From Planctomycetota bacterium (GTDB lineage: Bacteria > Planctomycetota > UBA8108 > SXIK01): a stretch of 64,000 bases of DNA. The notes under the pieces are model-generated. The model saw nothing but the letters and a program-made list of their open reading frames with translations, was not told the origin of the DNA and searched no databases. The DNA is taken from contig CBDCXR010000004.1 in NCBI GenBank assembly GCA_965223845.1, forward strand, positions 5,856,001-5,920,000, read 5' to 3'. The position numbers were made by a program, and so were the translations under genes. Below are positions 38,098-47,352 of the stretch, piece by piece; position 1 is the first letter of the stretch; every line of letters starts with the position of its first letter.

Positions 38098-40185
38098 ATG
38101 GGAAGCGTACGAACGAGCTGGGTGGCTCTTCTCTCGCGGCGCGCGCCCGCGGTCGCGCGCATCGTGCTCGCGGCGGCGATGACCTCGATCGCGTCCGCTG
38201 AGGACGGCGCCGCCGGTGGGATCGACGGCGCGCCGGACTTCGTGCGCGGCGACGGGAATCTCGACGGACGCGTCACCGCGGCGGATGCGATCGTTCTCTT
38301 CGAGGTGCTCTTTCGCGGTCGCGAGTCGCCGCCTTGCGACGACGTCCTCGACTTCGACGACAGCGGCACGGTCGATCTCACCGACGGCACCGGACTGATC
38401 GCTTGGACGTTCTTCTCGGCGATCGGGACTCCTCCGCCGGCTCCGTATCCCGAAGCCGGCGCCGACCCGACGGACGATGATCTCTCGTGCGAGGCGTTCG
38501 AGATTACGCCCGCGGAGGAACGTGAGAACGATGCGATCCGCTGGGACGGCCCCGCCACGGGATGTGCCGGAGACGAGCTCGAGTTCTTCGTCCGGCTCAC
38601 CACGTCGGAGCCGATCGAATGCGTCCAGCTCGCCTATCTGGCCACGCGGGACCGGATCAGGAACATCAGCGTCGACTTCGAAGGGACGATCGTTCCCGCG
38701 GAGCTCCAAGAGCAAATCACCGAGGCCGGCTCTCTTCGCTGGATCTACGTCCCCGACCACAGCCCGGAGTTCGGACTCTTTCGCCTCGTGTTCTTGTTGA
38801 AGGGACCGGGTTTCGCGAATCTCGATTTCGCCGCGACGACGAGACCGCTCGACGACGAGCCGATCGTTCGTGTTCTCGTCGAGCTCGGGGACGAGGAAGG
38901 CGACGGTGAGCTGCTTCTTCCGGCGAGCGAAGCGGACCTCGGCGATGGCGCACCTCAGGGGCTGAATGAGCTCTGCACGGAGTCGGGAACGGTGATTCCC
39001 GCGGAGATCGCCTCCGTGTTCGTCTCTACCGAGCCTCCGCCCGAATTCATCCGCGGGGATGCGAACGTGAGCGGTCAGGTGACTCCGCCCGATGCGCTGC
39101 GCATCCTCCGAAAGCTCTTTTTCGACATCGGATCGCTCCCGTGCCGCGATGCGGCGGACGTCAACGACGACGGGCTCCTCGATCTGTCCGATCCGATCAC
39201 GATCCTCGCCTTTCTCTTTACCGGAGGGCTGCCACCGCCTCCGCCCTTTCCGTTTCCGGGCATCGATCCCACTCCCGCGACGTCGCTCGGATGCGAGACC
39301 CCGGCCGTCCAGCCCCCACGGATCGATCTCTCCTACGTTCTCGCTTGGGACGGCGAGCCGGAGCAGCTTCGCGGGGCGAAGGACGTCCCGGTCTTTCTCG
39401 TCGCCACGACAAGCGCGCGGACGGAGTGCTTTTCTATCGCTTACCGAGTCGACAAGCGCATCGCGACGAACCTCCGCGGCGATTTCGCCGGCACGATTCT
39501 GCCGGAGGATCGTCAGGTGGAGTTCCTCGATTCTCCGTTCTTCGAAATGATCGTCGCGCCCATCGACGAACGATTCGATCGTCTCCAGGTCGGAGCTCTC
39601 TTCACCCAGGACGGGACCTTCGATCCGATTCCGTTCGCGGCCACCCAGGGTCCGATCGTCGCGCAGCGACTCTTTCGAGTTCTCATCGACATCCCGGAAG
39701 ACGCTCCGCTCGGCGATCAGCTCGTGTTCGAACCGCTGCCGGCGGCGAATCTGCCGACGGGAAACGCGTTCCCGAACGAATTCTGCGTCTCGGGGCCCGA
39801 CGGCGGGGCGGGTGGTGTCCCCGGCGCGGGCGGCGGCTCGCCCGGCGACGGAGCCGAGGGCGTCCGACCGCGGGCCGACGATCTCACGCTCAAGATCGTC
39901 GGCGGCGAGGAGTTCCTCCGCGGCGATCCGAACGGCGATGGCTCGATCGACATCGCCGACGTCGTCTTCACGCCGAATTGGCTTTTCGGAAAGAGCCGGA
40001 AGCCGCTGTGCATGGACGCGGCTGACGTCAACGCGGACGGCGAAGTCAACGTCAGCGACGCCGCGTATCTCGCGAACTGGCTTTTCTCCGGGACGGCGGA
40101 ACCACCGCCGCCGTTTAACGTCGAGTTCGTCTGCGAGCCGTTCAGCGTCGCGATCAGCTGCGAAGTGAGTCAGTGTTCGGAGTGA
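38098..40185 (+). CDS. Secreted protein with three dockerin-like domains alternating with two homologous beta-rich (cohesin-like?) domains
   Basis: Signal-like N-terminus; FVRGDGNLDG, FIRGDANVSG, FLRGDPNGDG modules; two spacers WDG...TTS...EC..LAY...DF.GTI.P...NE.C. Confidence 0.8.
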   Translation: MGSVRTSWVALLSRRAPAVARIVLAAAMTSIASAEDGAAGGIDGAPDFVRGDGNLDGRVTAADAIVLFEVLFRGRESPPCDDVLDFDDSGTVDLTDGTGLIAWTFFSAIGTPPPAPYPEAGADPTDDDLSCEAFEITPAEERENDAIRWDGPATGCAGDELEFFVRLTTSEPIECVQLAYLATRDRIRNISVDFEGTIVPAELQEQITEAGSLRWIYVPDHSPEFGLFRLVFLLKGPGFANLDFAATTRPLDDEPIVRVLVELGDEEGDGELLLPASEADLGDGAPQGLNELCTESGTVIPAEIASVFVSTEPPPEFIRGDANVSGQVTPPDALRILRKLFFDIGSLPCRDAADVNDDGLLDLSDPITILAFLFTGGLPPPPPFPFPGIDPTPATSLGCETPAVQPPRIDLSYVLAWDGEPEQLRGAKDVPVFLVATTSARTECFSIAYRVDKRIATNLRGDFAGTILPEDRQVEFLDSPFFEMIVAPIDERFDRLQVGALFTQDGTFDPIPFAATQGPIVAQRLFRVLIDIPEDAPLGDQLVFEPLPAANLPTGNAFPNEFCVSGPDGGAGGVPGAGGGSPGDGAEGVRPRADDLTLKIVGGEEFLRGDPNGDGSIDIADVVFTPNWLFGKSRKPLCMDAADVNADGEVNVSDAAYLANWLFSGTAEPPPPFNVEFVCEPFSVAISCEVSQCSE

Positions 40186-40397
40186 CGAGCTCGATTCCTC
40201 CGCACCGCAGATCTGGCCCGCTGCGGGGGTGAATTCGAGAGAGCGCGCCGCCGCGAGAGTCGCTCCCCGGTCGTGGCGATCGACGGGCTCTGCCGAAGTT
40301 CCAAGAACTCGGCGATGTTGGCCTGTCCGCGCCGTCACCGGGTAGATTCCTTGGGAGACTCTACGGTGTCGGCTCCCCAATTGGAGGCGGAGAACGG

Positions 40398-40640
40398 ATG
40401 AGCAAGAAGGGAATGGGATACGCGCGCGTTCTCGGTGTCGTGTCGCTCGCTGCGGCGACGGCGATCGCTGCGGTCTGCTACGTCGGATCGCTCGAACGCG
40501 GCGTTGAAGCGAAGGCCTCCGCCGATCGCAGCGCCGAAGAGCTGAAGCAGGTGATCCGCGAGCAGAACCGTCTCATAGAGGATGCGCGACGCCAGGTCGA
40601 GCTCCGTCCGTCGACGGCTGATCCCGCGCCTGCATTCTGA
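40398..40640 (+). CDS. Small membrane-anchored hypothetical protein
   Basis: GGAG RBS, hydrophobic VLGVVSLAAATAIAAVCYV, short coiled coil AEELKQVIREQNRLIEDARRQ. Confidence 0.6.
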   Translation: MSKKGMGYARVLGVVSLAAATAIAAVCYVGSLERGVEAKASADRSAEELKQVIREQNRLIEDARRQVELRPSTADPAPAF

Positions 40641-40846
40641 GGATCCGGGCGCCGGCATCGGGGCGTCGGAGGGTAGGGCCCGCGCGGCGAGCCGCGGGGC
40701 TGGAGGAGCGCTTCGCTTTCGCAATGAGAGCGGAGCGCTCTCTCTTTTCTTCGAGGAGGGACACCAAAACGACGAGAGCCGAGCTCGTCGCAACGAGCTC
40801 GGCTCTCGTGTTCGGTTGGCGGAAAGGAACGCCTCCCCGACCGTCG

Positions 40847-41941
40847 TCAGTTGACCGGAGTCGGCGGCGTCACCTTCGTGACCTCGCCGGAGAGCGCCTT
40901 CAGGTACTCGACGAGGTCGGCCTTCTCCTGATCGGTGAGCTCGAGCGGCTTCATCTCGGGGTCGAGATTCGGGTTCTTGATTCCGCCCTTCACGTAGAAT
41001 TCGACGGCCGCTTCGAGCGTCGCCTCGCTGCCGTCGTGCATGTACGGGGCCGTGTCGGCGATGTTGCGCAGCGTCGGCGTCTTGTACTTTCCGAGGTCTT
41101 CCGGCTTCTTCGTGTGGTCCATTTGGCCGGCGTGGTTCTTCTGCCAGTCCGGCTGATCGGCCCCGACGCCGAGATTGTGGAACTTCTCGTCCGTGAAGTT
41201 CGCCCCCGCGTGACAAATCGAGCAGCGTCCCTTCACCGGATCGCGGAAGAGCTCTCGCCCGCGCTGGGCCGACTCACTGAGCGCGGTCTTGTCGCCCGCC
41301 TCGAACTTGTCGAACGGTGAATTGCCGGAGACGATGGTCCGCTCGAAGCTCGCGATCGCCTTGCCGATCCGCTCGATCGTGACCGTCTCGTCCTTGAACG
41401 CCGCCTTGAAGAGCGGCTTGTAGCCGGCGATGTCCGAGATCTTCTTCACCGCTTCTGCGTGCGGGAGGTTCATCTCGATCGGGTTGGCGATCGGGCCGAC
41501 GGCCTGTGCTTCGAGACTCGGTGCTCGCCCGTCCCAGAACTGCGCCTCGCTGAAGACGCGGTTGATGATCGTCGGGGCGCTGCGCCCACCCTTCTTTCCG
41601 CCGACGCCGACGGAAACCGGCAGGTTGTCCGTCCAGCCCTTGGCCGGGTCGTGGCACGTCGCGCACGCGACGCTGTTGTCGGACGAGAGCCGCTTGTCGA
41701 AGTAGAGGTGCTTTCCGAGCTCGACCTTCGCGAGTCCTTCCGCGCCCTTCAGCGGATTGTCGGCGGGAATCTTGAGGTCGAAGGCATCGAGTCCCGCGGG
41801 GAGCGCGTTGAGTGGCGGGACGAGATCCCCGCCGCCATCTTCCGGTGGCGGAACCGGATCCTCTTTCCCGCTCGTACATGCCGTCATGAACAGTGCGGCG
41901 ATCGCCGCCGCGGTCGTCGCTCTCGTGATTCGATGGATCAC
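40847..41941 (-). CDS. Di-heme cytochrome c peroxidase/MauG superfamily lipoprotein
   Basis: Lipobox FMTA-C; ELGKHLYFDKRLS, CATCH, QFWDGRA, CSICH, NFTD, KTPTLRNIADTAPYMHDGS, AAVEFY. Confidence 0.93.
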   Translation of the reverse strand: MIHRITRATTAAAIAALFMTACTSGKEDPVPPPEDGGGDLVPPLNALPAGLDAFDLKIPADNPLKGAEGLAKVELGKHLYFDKRLSSDNSVACATCHDPAKGWTDNLPVSVGVGGKKGGRSAPTIINRVFSEAQFWDGRAPSLEAQAVGPIANPIEMNLPHAEAVKKISDIAGYKPLFKAAFKDETVTIERIGKAIASFERTIVSGNSPFDKFEAGDKTALSESAQRGRELFRDPVKGRCSICHAGANFTDEKFHNLGVGADQPDWQKNHAGQMDHTKKPEDLGKYKTPTLRNIADTAPYMHDGSEATLEAAVEFYVKGGIKNPNLDPEMKPLELTDQEKADLVEYLKALSGEVTKVTPPTPVN

Positions 41942-41992
41942 CGTCGGTCTCCTTTCGATCCTTGGATTTGCTGATTCGATCGTCGACTCGCT

Positions 41993-42853
41993 CTACAGCT
42001 CGCGGACGCTCAATTCGAACGAGAGCTCAGCGGTCTTTCCGGCTTCGATCGTCACCTCGCCGGACTTTGCTCCGGCGGTGAACTGAAGCATGCCCGGCTG
42101 ATCGCCGAGCTTTTCGTGCCAGATCTTGTACTTGTAGGTTCCCGGGGGGATTTCGTCGATCGTGAGCGCGCCCTTGGCATCCGTCGCGCCGAGATAGGGG
42201 TTCGAACCGACGACGACCCAGGCCTTCATCCACTTGTGAACATCGCAGGTAAACTCGAGGAGACCGGCCTTCGGAATCGGGCGCGGAGGGGGTTTCGCCG
42301 ACTGATTCGGAAGCGACACGTTGAAGAGGTGACTTCCGTTCAGATACGGATGCGTCGTGTGGAGGATCGGGTCTTCGTTGACGAGCTGGATCTTCGTACC
42401 GACCGTCGCGACCCCGACGTGCGGCGAAAACGAGCAGTCCTTGTTCGAAACGGTGATCGTCTCCGGCGGTTTCTTCGGTCCCGACGCGACGCCTTCGATC
42501 TCGACGACGAGGTTTGCGAGGCCGCGCGACTCGGCATCGACGAGGAGGGCTTCGTCGAAGACCTTGTGCTCACACACCTCGACGTTGATGTTGACGGGCA
42601 CTTCGACCCGACCGGGGATCGATTCGCCCTTGAACGTCGCGCTGACGCTGAGCGCGCCGAGACTCGACGCGTCGGCGGCCGCGACCGTGTACTTTCCGCT
42701 CCCGCCGCCCGGGGTCGCGGTGAGTCCGCCTCCCGCCCCGCTGGGCGGCGGCGTGGGCGCCACCGGGGCCGGCACTTGCTTCTTCGTACAGCCGATCACC
42801 ACGAGGGCGACGAAACAGGCGATCGCCGGCCGGATGGATCGTGCTTCATTCAT
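41993..42853 (-). CDS. Cupredoxin-like / carboxypeptidase-regulatory-like lipoprotein (MauL-like)
   Basis: GAAAGGAAG RBS; lipobox VVIG-C; GLANLVV, NKDCSFSPHV, NEDPILHTTH, CDVHKWM, IPPGTY.YKIWHEKLG. Confidence 0.78.
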   Translation of the reverse strand: MNEARSIRPAIACFVALVVIGCTKKQVPAPVAPTPPPSGAGGGLTATPGGGSGKYTVAAADASSLGALSVSATFKGESIPGRVEVPVNINVEVCEHKVFDEALLVDAESRGLANLVVEIEGVASGPKKPPETITVSNKDCSFSPHVGVATVGTKIQLVNEDPILHTTHPYLNGSHLFNVSLPNQSAKPPPRPIPKAGLLEFTCDVHKWMKAWVVVGSNPYLGATDAKGALTIDEIPPGTYKYKIWHEKLGDQPGMLQFTAGAKSGEVTIEAGKTAELSFELSVREL

Positions 42854-43079
42854 GCGTATTCTTCCTTTCGCGGTCGGTCGCCGACCATGACGTGCACCGT
42901 CAACATGAGTTCGCACCGAAAGTTCGGGAATCGACCCCCGCCGCCTGCCTGATCGCGCTGCCCGCGGCTACCCTCCTGGTCGACTCTCGCGTCGTCCCGT
43001 CTGCTCCGCTCGCGATCCCCCAGTTTGGGCGGATGGTAACACAACAATTTCCCGAACCACAACCGGTCCGGGCGAGCCC

Positions 43080-43547
43080 TCAGGCCGGCTCCCTCCCCCA
43101 AAAAAACCAGATGACGAGCGCGGCCACCGCGAGAAGGGCGGCGGTGCGAGCCCGTCCGGTTGTTCTCGCCGTGTACGGACTCATCTGCTGCCAGCCGGTC
43201 ACGACGAGCAGTGCCGCAGAGGAGAGCGGAACGAGACGTGAGGTGCCGACGAGGAGCGGCCCCCACGCGTCGCCGACATCGAGCGTGCTCGCGATGGCGA
43301 CGAAGACCGCCGCGCCGGCAGTGATCGCACCCCACACCACGTTCCACCGGCCGACGCCGAGTTCGCGGAGGTAGCTACCGGGCGGCTCGTCCTCGAACTC
43401 CGGCACCGGGCCGACGGCCTCCGGGCGAGCGATGCCCTGGGACGAAGAAGCCGGGAGCGAATCGTCGAGGCGGGCCTCGTCGGTGCGAGGTGTGCGCACG
43501 GCGCGCTCGGGCGTGCGCGGCGGGTTCGGGTCGGAAGGTTCGTTCAT
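43080..43547 (-). CDS. Hypothetical membrane protein (about 3 TM)
   Basis: Three hydrophobic segments after a Pro-rich N-terminus. Confidence 0.6.
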   Translation of the reverse strand: MNEPSDPNPPRTPERAVRTPRTDEARLDDSLPASSSQGIARPEAVGPVPEFEDEPPGSYLRELGVGRWNVVWGAITAGAAVFVAIASTLDVGDAWGPLLVGTSRLVPLSSAALLVVTGWQQMSPYTARTTGRARTAALLAVAALVIWFFWGREPA

Positions 43548-43694
43548 ACCAGTACGGTACGGCGCTCCGCGCGAATTGCACGTCCGCGCCCTCCGCGTCG
43601 CAGTAGAATCTGGTCGGAGCTCCCGGGTAGACTCCTCCCCTTTCCGCGGGCAGTCGGACGTTCATCAACACTCGCTAGCAAAGAGACGCGACCC

Positions 43695-44963
43695 ATGACC
43701 GAGCGCAAGGCTCTCGAGTCGACCGACCCTGAAATCGCTGAACTCATTCGTCTCGAGGAAAAGCGCCAAGCGACGACGATTCGGCTCATCCCATCGGAAA
43801 ACTACGCCTCTCGCGCCGTCATGGAGGCGACGGGAACGGTTCTCACGAACAAGTATTCCGAGGGCTATCCCGGCCGCCGCTACTACCAGGGTCAGGAGCA
43901 TATCGATCGCATCGAGCGGATCGCGCGCGACCGTGCGAAGGCCCTGTTCGGCGCTGAGCACGCGAACGTGCAGCCGTATTCCGGATCGCCCGCGAACGCC
44001 GCCGTCTACCTCGCACTTCTCGAGCCCGGCGACACGGTGATGGGGCTCAGCCTTCCCTTTGGCGGCCACCTCACGCACGGCTGGAACGTCAACTTTTCTG
44101 GGATCACCTACCGCGCGATCCAGTACGAGGTGCATCCGGAGACGCACCTCGTCGACCTCGATCAGATTCGCGACACTGCCCGCCGCGAACGTCCAAAGGT
44201 GATCTTCACCGGCGGGACCGCTTACCCGCGGATCTGGGACTTCGCCGGCTTCGCGGACATCGCCCAGGACGTCGACGCGATCCTCGTCGCCGACATCGCG
44301 CACATCGCTGGACTCGTCGCGGCCGGAGTGCATCCGAGCCCGATTCCTCACGCGCCCATCGTCACGACGACGACCCACAAGACGCTCCGTGGACCGCGCG
44401 GCGGGATGTTCCTATCGACCGAAGAGTACGCTCGGCCGCTCGACCGGGCGATCTTCCCGGGCCTTCAGGGTGGACCGCACAATCACACCACCGCCGCCAT
44501 CGCGGTCGCGCTCGCCGAGGCGAACACCGACTCGTTCCGCGAGTACGCTCAGCAGATCGTCAGGAACGCAAAGGCGCTCGCCGAGGCACTGCTCGCGCAC
44601 GGCTTCAAGCTGATCTCGGGCGGAACCGACAACCACCTCGTCCTCATCGATACGACCGTCGGCGCCGGCGAGCGTCCCGAGGTCCCGGGAAAGCGCGCCG
44701 CCGTTGCGCTCGAAAAAGCGGGCCTCGAGTGCAACTACAACACGGTTCCGTTCGATCCCCGTCGTCCGTTCGATCCGAGCGGCGTCCGGATCGGCACGCC
44801 GGCCGCGACGAGCTGCGGCATGAAGGAACCGGAGATGGTGAAGATCGCGAACTGGATGCAGCGCGCGCTCTCGAACGAAAGCGACGAAGCCGAGCTCGCG
44901 AGAATCCGGGCCGAGATCGCGGAGCTCTGCTCGGCGTTTCCCGCGCCGGGGATCGGAGTGTGA
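43695..44963 (+). CDS. glyA: Serine hydroxymethyltransferase
   Basis: LIPSENY, TNKYSEGYPGRRYY, NVQPYSGSPAN, GGHLTHG, DIAHIAGL, TTTTHKTLRGPRGG (PLP Lys), FPGLQGGP, GGTDNHL, SGVRIGTPA. Confidence 0.98.
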   Translation: MTERKALESTDPEIAELIRLEEKRQATTIRLIPSENYASRAVMEATGTVLTNKYSEGYPGRRYYQGQEHIDRIERIARDRAKALFGAEHANVQPYSGSPANAAVYLALLEPGDTVMGLSLPFGGHLTHGWNVNFSGITYRAIQYEVHPETHLVDLDQIRDTARRERPKVIFTGGTAYPRIWDFAGFADIAQDVDAILVADIAHIAGLVAAGVHPSPIPHAPIVTTTTHKTLRGPRGGMFLSTEEYARPLDRAIFPGLQGGPHNHTTAAIAVALAEANTDSFREYAQQIVRNAKALAEALLAHGFKLISGGTDNHLVLIDTTVGAGERPEVPGKRAAVALEKAGLECNYNTVPFDPRRPFDPSGVRIGTPAATSCGMKEPEMVKIANWMQRALSNESDEAELARIRAEIAELCSAFPAPGIGV

Positions 44964-45086
44964 CGCACCCGTCGCGATCGGACGATGCGCGCGGCACTGC
45001 GGGCTAGTCGTCTCTGACGAGAAACGCGCCGCCTCGTGCGGCCCCGCCCGGATGGCCGGCCGCGGATCGGCACGGATACGAGACCG

Positions 45087-45815
45087 CTACGCGACCTGAT
45101 CGCCGTCCGCCTCAGTTTCGCGGCTCGCGATTTCCTCCCTGAGCCGATCACGGAGACTATCGGTCAAGCTGATCCCCGGCGGATCGGTGCGGAGATAGAC
45201 GACTCCGCTGATCCATCCGAGCTGCTCGAATACGTCTTCGAGATCGATACTCGGGATGGCCTCGAGGATCGCTTCGAAGCTGATTCGCCGCTCCGACTGA
45301 AGGGCGAGATCGAGCACGCCGGCGCAATCTTCGAGATCGGCGGAACGCTTCGCGAGTCCGCGCCGCGCAAACCGAACGGCGTTCCTGAGGAGCCGCGGAC
45401 CACTGTAGAGAATGTCGGCGACGAGCTTCACCAGGTTCCCGGGTGTGCCGGCGGAGAGCGGAATGATGCCGGTCGGTCCCCAACCGACGCCGAGTAGGTA
45501 GAGTCCGGCGCTCGCCGCGATTCCGCCACTCGTCGCTTCGACCGCGTAGTTGTCGAAGAGTCGTCGCTGAACGCGCCAACTCTCGTAGAAGACCGCGACC
45601 ATCACGAGAACGGATCCGAGCTTCGCCCATGTCCCCACGTTTCCAGCGCCAAACGGCAGAAAGGAGATCAGAATGTAGAGGACGACGTTCGTGGCGTAGT
45701 AGCCAACGGCGAGGATCAGGGCCCCGCCGAGGAGCGCCGCGGCGGCGAGGAAGAAATCGATCTTCGCTTCGGTGCGAATGTCGTCTTCTAGATACTGGTG
45801 AAGAGCCTCGTTCAC
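45087..45815 (-). CDS. Hypothetical membrane protein
   Basis: Several TM segments in the N-half and a soluble helical C-terminus; codon pattern looks coding. Confidence 0.7.
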   Translation of the reverse strand: MNEALHQYLEDDIRTEAKIDFFLAAAALLGGALILAVGYYATNVVLYILISFLPFGAGNVGTWAKLGSVLVMVAVFYESWRVQRRLFDNYAVEATSGGIAASAGLYLLGVGWGPTGIIPLSAGTPGNLVKLVADILYSGPRLLRNAVRFARRGLAKRSADLEDCAGVLDLALQSERRISFEAILEAIPSIDLEDVFEQLGWISGVVYLRTDPPGISLTDSLRDRLREEIASRETEADGDQVA

Positions 45816-45824
45816 TGCGAAATC

Positions 45825-46108
45825 CTCTGCGCGGTCCGGCCAGCCTTGATTAGGCTAATCGTTGGCGTTCCAGCCGTCACGCTTTGGGTGAGCTGGGCAG
45901 AGGAGATCGTTTCGGCTCGTGCTCGCGGGCTTGTGCCCGCTCCCCGTGCTAGCGGTCGGATACTCGGCCGTCCGACTCGTTCGCGTCTTTCGTGCGCGGA
46001 AGGGCAGAGTGGCGTCGGTGCGGCTGCTCCCTGCCTTGATCCCCGAAAGGCTGTGCTCGCCGTATCTTTCGCCGTCGATGATCGTGATGTCCGATTGACC
46101 GCGCGGGG
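45825..46108 (+). ncRNA. Candidate structured intergenic RNA (unassigned)
   Basis: 12-bp closing stem CUCUGCGCGGUC/GACCGCGCGGGG and at least six internal hairpins; G-U wobbles favour the plus strand. Confidence 0.35.
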
Positions 46109-46145
46109 CCAGGCGTCGTCGAAAGGCTGGCGGCGCGCCGCGACC

Positions 46146-46619
46146 TCACCGGCGCGAAGGAAGCTCCTCGAGGATCTCCTCGCGGAGCTCGAACCGAGCG
46201 ACCTTCCAGCCGTCCTCGGTATCGAGCATTTCGACGGTGATGTGCTCGCGCACGTTCGCCGGTCCTGAGATCCCGACGAGCTCCGCCGGTCCGCGACGGA
46301 TGTCCTGCTCGACCTCGAGGCGCACGCGGCCTTCCGGCAGCGTGGTCTCACTCTCGAGCCGGCGGAAGGGGCCCATCGCGAGGCGATGGTGCTCGTAGTA
46401 GCCCCGGCCCCACTCGCGCTCCTTGCGCTTCAGGTCGGCGAAGAACTGCCGTGCTTCGTCCGTCGCCGCCCACTCCGCGGCCTCGCCGTAGCGCTGTTTG
46501 AGGCGGAGGATATCGAACTTTCCGAACGCGATGTAGGCTTCGGATTCCGCGTACGCGACGTGATAGATCGCGACGCAGCCGAGGAAGATACCAACGAGCA
46601 GAAGAGCGGTCTTGCGCAC
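46146..46619 (-). CDS. Hypothetical exported protein downstream of the pilin gene
   Basis: Signal/TM MRKTALLLVGIFLGCVAIYHVAYA; C-terminal DTEDGWKVARF (NTF2-like ending). Confidence 0.65.
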   Translation of the reverse strand: MRKTALLLVGIFLGCVAIYHVAYAESEAYIAFGKFDILRLKQRYGEAAEWAATDEARQFFADLKRKEREWGRGYYEHHRLAMGPFRRLESETTLPEGRVRLEVEQDIRRGPAELVGISGPANVREHITVEMLDTEDGWKVARFELREEILEELPSRR

Positions 46620-46631
46620 GGATGGAATCTC

Positions 46632-47114
46632 CTAGAGTGGTGGGCTGGTGTGCCCCGCGATTCCGGTCAGGCTGAATCGAATCACTCCGGACGAATCGAC
46701 GTAAAAGTAGCGGTCGCCCGTCTCGCCCACCTGGTTCGGGATCGCGAAGACGCGCCACGGGATCCCGGTGAGGGCGCTGATGACGAACGAATAGCCCGAC
46801 TTGCCGCCGACGTTCGGAGCACCACCGAGTCCGGCGCCCACCGCCCCGTCGAAACCGGCGAGGTAACCGGTATCGCGGATGTGGGACCAGGCCGACGGGT
46901 AACGTCCGAAGCGCGTGCGATACTGCTCCATGACGGTCGTGAGGGACCGGAGGCTGCCGATCGCCGAAGCCTCATTCGCGGATTTTCGGGCGTTCGCGAG
47001 GCTCGGGAGCGCGATCGCAGCCACGATCGCGATGATCGCGACGACGATCATGAGCTCGATGAGAGTGAATCCGCGCTGTGTTCGCGGCTCGGGCTGCAGA
47101 ATTGGTCCGCGCAT
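46632..47114 (-). CDS. Type IV pilin / prepilin-type N-terminal cleavage/methylation protein
   Basis: TQRG|FTLIELMIVVAIIAIVAAIALPSL..AR..ANEASAIGSLR; KSGYSF; TGDRYFYVDSSGVIR. Confidence 0.93.
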   Translation of the reverse strand: MRGPILQPEPRTQRGFTLIELMIVVAIIAIVAAIALPSLANARKSANEASAIGSLRSLTTVMEQYRTRFGRYPSAWSHIRDTGYLAGFDGAVGAGLGGAPNVGGKSGYSFVISALTGIPWRVFAIPNQVGETGDRYFYVDSSGVIRFSLTGIAGHTSPPL

Positions 47115-47352
47115 AGCTTCCTTGTGGTTCGGCGGCCGGTATCTTCTCCCGTTGTCGGTTTCCGGACCGAGGAGACTTGACCCGAACTGCTCCGTCAGGC
47201 GCGTTCCGGGCCGCCGATCGGCGACTCAGAGCGCCCGCGGCCAGATCGCCGCTGGTTCTCTGCGCTGGCGTGGTCCATCATCGCAAGCTACGGCCGCGGC
47301 GCAGAGGAACGGCCCCGCGAGCCCACCGTCGATCGCCGCCGGAGACTGCTGG

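Noticed and set aside
43548-43694. ZTP or glycine riboswitch upstream of glyA
   Set aside because: Conserved aptamer motifs not found by eye.
45825-46108. RNase P RNA, tmRNA or SRP RNA identity for the structured element
   Set aside because: Lacks GAGGAAAGUCC, tRNA-like ends with a T-loop, and the CAGG..GGAA..AGCAG helix; only short chance similarities.
46146-47114. Complete type IV pilus or type II secretion locus
   Set aside because: Only one pilin gene and one hypothetical; no ATPase, platform or secretin genes nearby.
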